Virus record (IMG/VR): IMGVR_UViG_3300046813_000011
Coordinates: 1-37,671 of that record
Strand: one strand, 5' to 3'
DNA from: a virus
Taxonomy: Duplodnaviria > Caudoviricetes
DNA length: 37,671 bases
Position 1 is the first letter of the stretch; the number at the start of each line of letters is the position of its first letter. Under the pieces are notes generated by a model. That model saw nothing but the letters and a program-made list of their open reading frames with translations. It made no database searches and was not told the DNA's origin. Below are positions 25,073 to 32,950 of this stretch, in pieces. A program made the position numbers and the translations under genes.

Positions 25073-25117
25073 GAAAAGGGCCTTTAGTATGCCTTCAGCT
25101 AAGGGCCTTTTTCTTTT
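25073..25117 (+). terminator. Intrinsic terminator
   Basis: GAAAAGGGCCTTTAG/CTAAGGGCCTTTTTC followed by a T tract. Confidence 0.65.
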
Positions 25118-25142
25118 CTAAATTTGTGGTATATGTTCTGTT

Positions 25143-25811
25143 ATGACTTGGGCAACAGACTTCCATTTCACTGTAGAGAAGCCAGCAACGGACAAATTTG
25201 CTCCTACTGGCGGATGGGGATCGGTTAGCCCTCCAGTGTCCCCTTGGAGTGTGGGTACAGATCAGCCCAAGGTACAAGCTTATCAATCAGATGAAAATCT
25301 AAAGAAGCAATACGGCATAGAGCTTGCAAAAACGTCTAATGCGTTTGAAGCGGCATGTAAAATCTTTGGTGAAGAAGCAAGTAAAGCTTTATGGGTTAGT
25401 TTTAATTGGTTAACCGATCCGATTGTAGTTGCGTCCAGAGATATTTATGCAAAAACCGTTGCCTTGAGCACTCCCTTGCTTGACAAGGAACAATTGGCAG
25501 CTAAGGTGCTCGCATTGGCTGACGAAAAAATTTTAAAAAATGGAGTTATGACACCAGTTATAGAAGCGAAAGACAGAATAGCTGCTCTTAAGCTGTATTC
25601 TGACATTGCTGGCTATACTGGAAAAGTTGAAATTGATAGTTCTACAAATATAAATAATACAATTAAAGAATTGACAATTAAATTAGTGAAAGCTGAAGAA
25701 AAGAAACCAGTTACAATTGATAATGCTCCTAATAAGAATGTTAAATCAGAAATCTTAAATACTGAGAATACACCAATTACGTTAAAACTAGTTGGTGGTG
25801 CTGCGCGTTAA
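25143..25811 (+). CDS. terS: Terminase small subunit (putative)
   Basis: Helical N-terminal domain; DRIAALKLY..IAGY..KVEI oligomerisation pattern; heads the packaging module. Confidence 0.65.
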   Translation: MTWATDFHFTVEKPATDKFAPTGGWGSVSPPVSPWSVGTDQPKVQAYQSDENLKKQYGIELAKTSNAFEAACKIFGEEASKALWVSFNWLTDPIVVASRDIYAKTVALSTPLLDKEQLAAKVLALADEKILKNGVMTPVIEAKDRIAALKLYSDIAGYTGKVEIDSSTNINNTIKELTIKLVKAEEKKPVTIDNAPNKNVKSEILNTENTPITLKLVGGAAR

Positions 25812-25846
25812 GTTCTGATTTAACTTTTTAAACAGGAGCTACATCT

Positions 25847-26464
25847 ATGATTAAGAAACTTGGACTTTCTGCTGCTGCTCTGTTAGCTACCATCGCAATT
25901 GCTATTGCTGCTGGTGCTTTTCAGGGTTTTCCTTTAGTTGGTGATACTACTGGCGCTACTTGCCTTAGCTATGGCAATGGTGCGGTTTGTAATCAGTTTC
26001 GTCCTGCCGGTCCTGCTGCTCTTACTGGTAGCGAACAAATCCCGGCTGATACTGGTGCTAGTACAGTCCCTGCAACAGTTTTAATTCCTACCAGCTTACT
26101 AGCTAATGGTTATGGTGGTGCAACTATATTTAGCACTACTGGTACTACTGCTGCAATTGTTGTGGCTGATGGTATCTCTAACTATATTTATACTGGCACT
26201 GGTACTGCTACCTTTACTTCTTGGAAGCTTCCTGCCAATCCGATTGATAACCAGAAAGTTTGTTTGACTAATGCTGGCACTGGCGTTCTTACGCTTACTG
26301 CTGTCGCAGCTAGTGCTAATAGGGCTGGAACCACTCCTACTATTACTGGTACTGCTCCTACCAGTATTCCGGTTGCTACTGCTGTTGGTACTGCTGGTAC
26401 GGTTACTTTAGCAACCAACTGCTGGTTATTTACGGTCGCTGGTGTTTGGTATCGCGTTCTCTAA
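25847..26464 (+). CDS. Signal-peptide-bearing Thr/Ala/Gly-rich beta protein (fibre/decoration-like)
   Basis: MIKKLGLSAAALLATIAIAIAA leader; LPANPIDNQ...WYRV C-terminus; 4 Cys. Confidence 0.75.
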   Translation: MIKKLGLSAAALLATIAIAIAAGAFQGFPLVGDTTGATCLSYGNGAVCNQFRPAGPAALTGSEQIPADTGASTVPATVLIPTSLLANGYGGATIFSTTGTTAAIVVADGISNYIYTGTGTATFTSWKLPANPIDNQKVCLTNAGTGVLTLTAVAASANRAGTTPTITGTAPTSIPVATAVGTAGTVTLATNCWLFTVAGVWYRVL

Positions 26465-26500
26465 TCCTTTCACACAAACCTTTAAAGAAAGGATTAGACT

Positions 26501-26896
26501 ATGACTTTACGCCAAAACTTTATCTCTAGCAGGCAACTGCTACCGGGGGAATGGGCTAATTCCGTTACTGCTCATTTAACCTCTATTCAAACTGCTACTG
26601 CTAGTACTACTCAAACGCAAGCTGGCGGTACTAAAATTACTGCTGCTGCTGTTGCTGTGACTACTGGCAATGCTAATGACGCTGTTACTTTACCTAAAGG
26701 GTTAAGTGGTGGTGAAATCATGATTGCTAACCTTAGTGCTAATGCGCTAGGAGTGTTCCCTTATCCGGGGGATATTATTTTCCCTAGTGCTGCTGATGCT
26801 GTATTAGCTCAGACTGCCAGTAAGAATGCAATTTATAAAGTTGCTAAAGTTTCTGCTGCTGGTGTAGCTACATGGTATAAGATTGAAAGTGCTTAA
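26501..26896 (+). CDS. Putative virion decoration/fibre-type protein without a signal peptide
   Basis: VTLP...G..I.IAN...L.VFP..GD.I...WY pattern. Confidence 0.65.
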   Translation: MTLRQNFISSRQLLPGEWANSVTAHLTSIQTATASTTQTQAGGTKITAAAVAVTTGNANDAVTLPKGLSGGEIMIANLSANALGVFPYPGDIIFPSAADAVLAQTASKNAIYKVAKVSAAGVATWYKIESA

Positions 26897-26910
26897 TTAC
26901 CCCCAAACTA

Positions 26911-26940
26911 GCCCGTCCTCAAAAGGGGCGGGCATTTTTT
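26911..26940 (+). terminator. Intrinsic terminator
   Basis: GCCCGTCCT/AGGGGCGGGC followed by ATTTTTT. Confidence 0.8.
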
Positions 26941-26955
26941 CAGGATTTAAAATTT

Positions 26956-27888
26956 ATGAAAAAAGTTCTATTTTTGATTTTGGGGTTATTGGCTTTCTTC
27001 CCACAATCAGCATCAGCCCAAAGCCAACGCAATCCTTGCGTTTATTTAACTACTTCTAATCAAAACTGTGTCCCTGTTGGATCGTCTGTTACTGGTGTGG
27101 GTAATAGCCCTATGCCTGTCGGTGGCTTGGCTAATGCTTCTGCTCCTACTTATGTAGAAGGTCAAACAGGAAGTCTTAGTTTTGATTTAACAGGTAATTT
27201 AAGAACTACTGGTGGAGGTGGTGGTAGCACTACTGTTCCCGGTTTTACTCCCGGTGGAACATTTGCTACTTTAACTGCTACTGGATCATCAGCTAGTGTA
27301 GCCCTTCCTGCTGGTGCTACTGTAGCATTTCAAAACACTGGCACAACTACTGTCAGTTGCACATTAGGAATAGGTAGTGCTACAGCTACGGCTAACCAAA
27401 TAATTGTTCAAGCTGCATCAACTGTATTCTTAGTTCCGGGTACTAATACATTTGGTGCCTGTATAGACACAACTGGATCAGCGTCTAATCTAGTGGTGCT
27501 AGCTGGTGGTTCTGGTCTAGGTACTGGATTTGGTGGAGGTGGTGGAGCAAGTACTGGTAATACATCTGTTCAAAGTGCTGTTAACGTTACTCTTACCGAT
27601 TGCTCTAGCACTATCGCTACTGGTGGTACGGCTCAGAATGCTTTTACTGCTGCTGCTACTCGCCACGGTTTTATTATAGCTAATATTGATACTGCTGAAG
27701 TTATGTGGATTAACTTCACTGGAACAGCAGTAGCTAGTGGTACAGGATCATATCCATTAGCACCAGCGTCAACAGTGACTTTCTCTGGATTAAATTCTTT
27801 TGCTTCTCCAATCGGTATGGGTATCAATACTGCTTTATCAGTAATTGCTGTCACTACTGCTCATAAATTTTCTTGCACGGTTTGGTAA
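26956..27888 (+). CDS. Signal-peptide-bearing multi-domain Gly/Thr/Ser-rich beta protein
   Basis: MKKVLFLILGLLAFFPQSASA|Q; Gly-rich linkers; paired Cys. Confidence 0.8.
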   Translation: MKKVLFLILGLLAFFPQSASAQSQRNPCVYLTTSNQNCVPVGSSVTGVGNSPMPVGGLANASAPTYVEGQTGSLSFDLTGNLRTTGGGGGSTTVPGFTPGGTFATLTATGSSASVALPAGATVAFQNTGTTTVSCTLGIGSATATANQIIVQAASTVFLVPGTNTFGACIDTTGSASNLVVLAGGSGLGTGFGGGGGASTGNTSVQSAVNVTLTDCSSTIATGGTAQNAFTAAATRHGFIIANIDTAEVMWINFTGTAVASGTGSYPLAPASTVTFSGLNSFASPIGMGINTALSVIAVTTAHKFSCTVW

Positions 27889-29040
27889 ATGAAATTATTT
27901 GCTAAGCTATTTGCTTCTTTATTAATATTAACATTAGCCATTGCTCCAGCATCAGCGCAATTTGCTGGTGGTGGTACTGGCTTTCGTATTGGTGGTGGTG
28001 CTTGGGGGCAAGGTGACGGGAGAGCATTACCGGCTAATACAGTACTACCTGTGGTTAGTGGTGTTACTGCTGTTGGCTACGTGCTGACAACTACAAACGG
28101 TACTTGGACTGCTAGCCCAACCTTTACCTATCAATGGAAAAGTAATGGTACTGCTATAGGTGGAGCTACCTCTAGTAGTTATACTCCTGTTACTGGTGAT
28201 GCTGGTACTACTATTTCAGTCACTGTCACAGGCACTAATTCTGTCGGTAGTGTAAATGCTACATCCGTCAGTGTCGGCCCAATTAATCCAGTCTCCAGTC
28301 AGGCCGCAACATTCCTTGCCAAAACTTCCGGTTTAGACAATACCCATACTAACGCCTATATATCCCTCATAAATGGGGTTGTGACTGATGGTGTTTGGAC
28401 AAAGTTAGATGTATTTCATATTTATGCAACGCAGGACAGCACTACCTCTAAGCTTAATTTAGTATCAACCAGCTATAACGGTGTATATGGTCCTACTCCA
28501 CCAACGTTTGCGGCTGATCGTGGCTATACTGGTGTAACTGCTAGTACGCTAGTCTTTATTGATACTGGTTATACGCCAACAACTTCTCCCGGTGCTCAAT
28601 TCACACTTAACTCGGCGCATCTGTCGATGTGGAGTTTAACGGCTGGTGTCGTTAGCTCGGACGGCGTTGGCGTGAACGACAATTCTGTTATTGATCCACA
28701 TTATGTAACTGGCGACGTACTTTTAGCCAGTGTCAATTGCCACTTTGGCAGCATGTCCGTTCCCAACAGCGACGGCACAGGGTTCTACATAGCTAATCGT
28801 TCGGGGGCAACTGCTCAACAACTATATAAGAATGGAGCATCTGTTGCATCTAATAGTACTGTAACTACTACCTTGGCAAATCGTAATATGCTTACGGTTG
28901 GCAACAATAATGCTGGAGCGGGCTACGGTTGGGGCGGGCAAGAGGCAGCAGTTACGATTGGTTCGTCATTATCCAGCACCGATGCTAGTAGCTTATATAA
29001 CAGACTTCGTACTTACATGACTGCTGTTGGTGTACCATAA
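27889..29040 (+). CDS. Secreted paralog 1: signal peptide, Ig-like domain, shared C-terminal beta-rich (lectin-like) domain
   Basis: APASA|Q; PTFTYQW...GAT..SY...D.G..ISVTVT Ig pattern; ends YMTAVGVP. Confidence 0.8.
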   Translation: MKLFAKLFASLLILTLAIAPASAQFAGGGTGFRIGGGAWGQGDGRALPANTVLPVVSGVTAVGYVLTTTNGTWTASPTFTYQWKSNGTAIGGATSSSYTPVTGDAGTTISVTVTGTNSVGSVNATSVSVGPINPVSSQAATFLAKTSGLDNTHTNAYISLINGVVTDGVWTKLDVFHIYATQDSTTSKLNLVSTSYNGVYGPTPPTFAADRGYTGVTASTLVFIDTGYTPTTSPGAQFTLNSAHLSMWSLTAGVVSSDGVGVNDNSVIDPHYVTGDVLLASVNCHFGSMSVPNSDGTGFYIANRSGATAQQLYKNGASVASNSTVTTTLANRNMLTVGNNNAGAGYGWGGQEAAVTIGSSLSSTDASSLYNRLRTYMTAVGVP

Positions 29041-30533
29041 TGAAAAAATTAATTGCCGGTTTATTTTTTACTTTAAGTATTTTGCTGTCTGCTCCAGCTA
29101 CATCACAATTTAGTGGCTGCTCTGCTGGTTTTTGCTCTCCGGGGGATGGTGATGTTGATGGGATACCAATAAGTAACGCTTGTACCAATGCGTCAGGAAC
29201 TACTATTACTTTTACCGCACAAGGGGTTGGCAATGCTCAGCCTAATCGCGTTTCTGTTGTAACTCTTAATTGGGATGACAGTACAGCAGCAGGAACCGCT
29301 CAATTAACTGCTGCTACTATTGGCGGCATATCAATGACTAGAGCAGTTAGGGCTGCTACTGGTGGTCAAAGTAGTAATTCTGAAATTTGGTATGCTTCTA
29401 ATCCTACTGGAACATCAGCTAATATAGTTCTGACATTTTCAACAACTGTAAATGCTGTAACCATAGAAGTTTATAGCCTTCTAGGATACAATACTGTTTC
29501 CGCGTCTACTACTGGCACTACTAGTGTAACTCAAGCTTTCAATAACAAACAATTAGCTCTTGCCGCTGGTAGCCGTCGCGTCAACGTTTCAACGTCATTG
29601 TCAAATATGACTAATGACTTTTCTTCAGCGTGTGGAGCTAATCTGTGGGGAGTTCATGCTTCTCAAAAATTAAATGGAAATAATGGCTCTCTAACTAGTG
29701 CTATTAGCCCAACTAGTAATACGCCCTTAATCGCCCTAGCAAAATGGGCTGTTGGTAGTGGTGCTAATTCTTGTAATGCTAGCGCCACATTTCTAAATCG
29801 TACATCTGGACTTGATGTTACTCATTTAAATGCTTATACTAATTTAATTTGCGGACTTGATAATGACGGTGTTCTAACTAAGTTAGATACGCTCTACACC
29901 TTTGCGACACAGGATCAAACAACCGCAAATTTAAATCTAATTTCATCCAGCTATACAATAGTTCCACAAAGTAGCCCAACTTGGACTATTGATCGTGGTT
30001 ATACGGGAGTTGCTAACTCTACATCAGTTTATCTTTATAATGGTTTCGCTCCACCTACTCCCGGTGGTGGAGCAGTTTGGACTAATAATAATGCAAGTGT
30101 TTCTATATGGAGTAATACTGCTGGGCAAACTACTGGCTGGTCAAATGGAGTAACAGGAGGACCGGGAAATGGTTCGATTTTTATCTTACCAAGGGATGGT
30201 AGTAATCAAGCTCAATTCAATTTGAATAGTATTCCCGGTACTATAGTTAGTAACACAGATGGACATGGATTATTTGCAGTTAACATGACTAGCGGCACTA
30301 CACTAGACTCGTATATAAATGGTGCTTCTGTTGGAACATTAAGTACTACGGCTGCTGCGCCTTGGGGAGGGCCTTTACCATTCCTAGCTTCTGGCAACTA
30401 TCCCGGTCAAATCCATAATGGCTGGAACGGCCAACTAAGCGCCGCATCAGCAGGAGGGGCATTAACTGCTACTGATCATGCTAACCTTTACACCAGAATG
30501 AGAGCATATATGACTGCTGTTGGTGTACCATGA
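29040..30533 (+). CDS. Secreted paralog 2: signal peptide, distinct beta domain, shared C-terminal domain
   Basis: APATS|Q; TFL.RTSGLD...FATQD...DRGYTG...YMTAVGVP. Confidence 0.8.
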   Translation: MKKLIAGLFFTLSILLSAPATSQFSGCSAGFCSPGDGDVDGIPISNACTNASGTTITFTAQGVGNAQPNRVSVVTLNWDDSTAAGTAQLTAATIGGISMTRAVRAATGGQSSNSEIWYASNPTGTSANIVLTFSTTVNAVTIEVYSLLGYNTVSASTTGTTSVTQAFNNKQLALAAGSRRVNVSTSLSNMTNDFSSACGANLWGVHASQKLNGNNGSLTSAISPTSNTPLIALAKWAVGSGANSCNASATFLNRTSGLDVTHLNAYTNLICGLDNDGVLTKLDTLYTFATQDQTTANLNLISSSYTIVPQSSPTWTIDRGYTGVANSTSVYLYNGFAPPTPGGGAVWTNNNASVSIWSNTAGQTTGWSNGVTGGPGNGSIFILPRDGSNQAQFNLNSIPGTIVSNTDGHGLFAVNMTSGTTLDSYINGASVGTLSTTAAAPWGGPLPFLASGNYPGQIHNGWNGQLSAASAGGALTATDHANLYTRMRAYMTAVGVP

Positions 30534-31420
30534 AACGTTGGCTTCTTTTATTATTTTTAATATTCTTAATCCCAACTCCAGCATCAGCACAATTTGGTGG
30601 TTGTTTGCCTGCGCTATGTGGTAAAGCTGTAGCTCCACCACCTAGCTGTATTGAAGCTGTTACGTTTCTTACTAGAACTTCTGGCTTGGATACTCCACAT
30701 AGGAATAATTATATTAATTTAATTTGTGGATTAGTTACTGATGGAGTTTGGCCTAAACTAGATTATATATATACTTTTGCAACACAGGATCAAACCACAG
30801 CGAACCTGAATTTAGTTTCTTCTGACTTTACTGTTATACCACAAGCAAGTCCAGCATGGGCGGTTGATCGTGGTTATACTGGTATTGCTAATTCTTCAAC
30901 GGTTTATCTATTTACCAATTTTGCCCCTCCGGGTTGCATAATTCATAGCCCTCTTTGTCTTGCATGGACGACAAATAACGCGCACTTCTCAGTCTGGAGT
31001 AATACAGCAGGACAAACTAACGGATGGGCAACTGGTATATCAGGAGGACCGGGAAATGGTTCTACCTTTATTCTTACGAGGGATTTGGCTGATAAAGCTC
31101 AATTTAATATAAATAGTGTCCCCGGTATAATAGTCAGTAATACAGATGGACATGGACTTTTTGAAGTTAATATGAGTGGTGGTAACACCATTGATGTTTA
31201 CATAAATGGTAGTTCTGTAGGAACGTTAGGTACTACTGCTCTTGATCCTTGGGGCGGGCCTATACCATTGCTTGCTGCTGGTATTTATGCCGGTACAATC
31301 CAGCATGGTTGGGACGGCCAAATGAGTGCTGCAACTGCCGGAGGATCGTTAACTAGTACTGATCATGCTAATCTTTATGCTAGATTACGTACTTATATGA
31401 CTGCTGTTGGAGTTCCTTAA
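30530..31420 (+). CDS. Secreted paralog 3: signal peptide plus the shared C-terminal domain only
   Basis: TPASA|Q; same motifs; ends YMTAVGVP. Confidence 0.8.
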   Translation: MKRWLLLLFLIFLIPTPASAQFGGCLPALCGKAVAPPPSCIEAVTFLTRTSGLDTPHRNNYINLICGLVTDGVWPKLDYIYTFATQDQTTANLNLVSSDFTVIPQASPAWAVDRGYTGIANSSTVYLFTNFAPPGCIIHSPLCLAWTTNNAHFSVWSNTAGQTNGWATGISGGPGNGSTFILTRDLADKAQFNINSVPGIIVSNTDGHGLFEVNMSGGNTIDVYINGSSVGTLGTTALDPWGGPIPLLAAGIYAGTIQHGWDGQMSAATAGGSLTSTDHANLYARLRTYMTAVGVP

Positions 31421-32798
31421 TTTGGAAATCGAGTTCATTGATAAATTAAGTTTTCTTTTTGAACCAGCACGTTTAAAAATTGCTTATGGTGGTCGTGGTG
31501 CTGGCAAAACAGATGGCTTTGCTATCGCTTTAATTATTCTTTCAATGAAATTGAGACTTCGTATTCTTTGTTTGCGTGAAGTTCAAAATTCAATTGAAGA
31601 AAGTGTTAAAGAAACGATTGAGAGCTATATAGCAGCTTATGGGTTAGACGATCAATTTGAAATTAAAGATAAATCTATTACTTGCAAAAGAACAGGCTCC
31701 AGATTTATTTTCTCTGGATTAAGATACAAAATTAACTCTATCAAGTCTCTTGCTAAAATTGATATAGCTTGGATTGAGGAAGCAAATAATACATCCAAAT
31801 CATCTTTAGATAAACTTGGTCCTACCATTCGTGGTAAGCATGAAAGCGATCCTAGTGGTTTAGGTGGTCCGTTTAAAAAAGGACCGGAAATCTGGATCAG
31901 CTTCAATCCTGAATTAGAGGATGATGAAGTTTACAACAGATATGTTTTAAATAGAGATTTGTACGCTCCAGCCTTTTTACCTAATGAAGTAACTGGAGAA
32001 ATGGAACGCTATGCTTATGTAGAGAAGATTAATTATACCGATAACAAATGGTTTCCTCCTGATCTTAGGAGAGAAATGAATTTGTTAAAGGCTAACAATT
32101 ACGTAAAGTATTTAGAAGTTTGGGAAGGTTTCACCAAACAAACTCTTGACGGAGCGGTTTATTCGGATGAAATCTTAAAAGCTCTGAAAGAAGGAAGGCG
32201 CGGTAAGGTTCCTCATGATCCCACAAAGCCGGTCATTACAGCTTGGGACTTAGGACATTCTGACAAGACAGCTATTTGGTTCATTCAAAGGATAGGTTTA
32301 GAATTTAATCTAATTCACTATTATGAGAACAGACTTAAAAAGTTAGGCCATTATGTAGAGTATTTGGAGAGTTTAAAATATCAGTATAGCGTACATTATC
32401 AACCACACGATGCTGACAATGAAACTTTAGCTGCTAGGTCTATTTCTTCTCAAACTAGAAAAGCTTTCCCTAATGCTAAAGTGGTGGTTGTCCAGCGTCC
32501 TTCAAAGAAAGTTGTGGGTATCAATGCAGCTAGAACGGTATTTGAATTATGCAACTTTGATGAAGCAGGAACAGCAGATGGCTGGCAATGCTTATCGCGC
32601 TATGCCTATAAAGTTAACGATGATACAGGCAACTTTAGTAGGGAACCTGATCATGATACGCCTTGGTCACATGGAGCAGATGCATTCCAAACGTTTGCTT
32701 TATCCTTAAGAACTGAAGCTGATAGTAAGAAAAAGAAAATCGAACCTAGGATATTACCACTTCAACAGCAGCCTAGGGGCTGGATGGGTAGTTTATGA
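31407..32798 (+). CDS. terL: Terminase large subunit (PBSX-like); the start may be TTG 31422
   Basis: Walker A GGRGAGKT, Walker B IAWIEEA, nuclease motifs AWDLG and HGADA. Confidence 0.93.
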   Translation: MEFLNLEIEFIDKLSFLFEPARLKIAYGGRGAGKTDGFAIALIILSMKLRLRILCLREVQNSIEESVKETIESYIAAYGLDDQFEIKDKSITCKRTGSRFIFSGLRYKINSIKSLAKIDIAWIEEANNTSKSSLDKLGPTIRGKHESDPSGLGGPFKKGPEIWISFNPELEDDEVYNRYVLNRDLYAPAFLPNEVTGEMERYAYVEKINYTDNKWFPPDLRREMNLLKANNYVKYLEVWEGFTKQTLDGAVYSDEILKALKEGRRGKVPHDPTKPVITAWDLGHSDKTAIWFIQRIGLEFNLIHYYENRLKKLGHYVEYLESLKYQYSVHYQPHDADNETLAARSISSQTRKAFPNAKVVVVQRPSKKVVGINAARTVFELCNFDEAGTADGWQCLSRYAYKVNDDTGNFSREPDHDTPWSHGADAFQTFALSLRTEADSKKKKIEPRILPLQQQPRGWMGSL

Positions 32799-32950
32799 GA
32801 TTAGGTGATCCAATATATTTAGATTTTGAAAAGCTTCCTGATTTAGTAATTATAACTAAAGAGGAAGCTGATGCTTATGCTGATAAGTTTCCTAAACGCC
32901 AATTTATAATTACTAATAATAAATCTGATGTTAAGAAGGTTAAATCATAA
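32795..32950 (+). CDS. Hypothetical 51-aa protein
   Basis: ATGA and TAATG coupling between terL and the portal gene. Confidence 0.5.
   Translation: MRLGDPIYLDFEKLPDLVIITKEEADAYADKFPKRQFIITNNKSDVKKVKS

Noticed and set aside
29780-31420. Diversity-generating retroelement TR/VR pair
   Set aside because: Differences between the paralogs include many synonymous changes and are not adenine-specific; both copies are intact genes; no reverse transcriptase is in the window.
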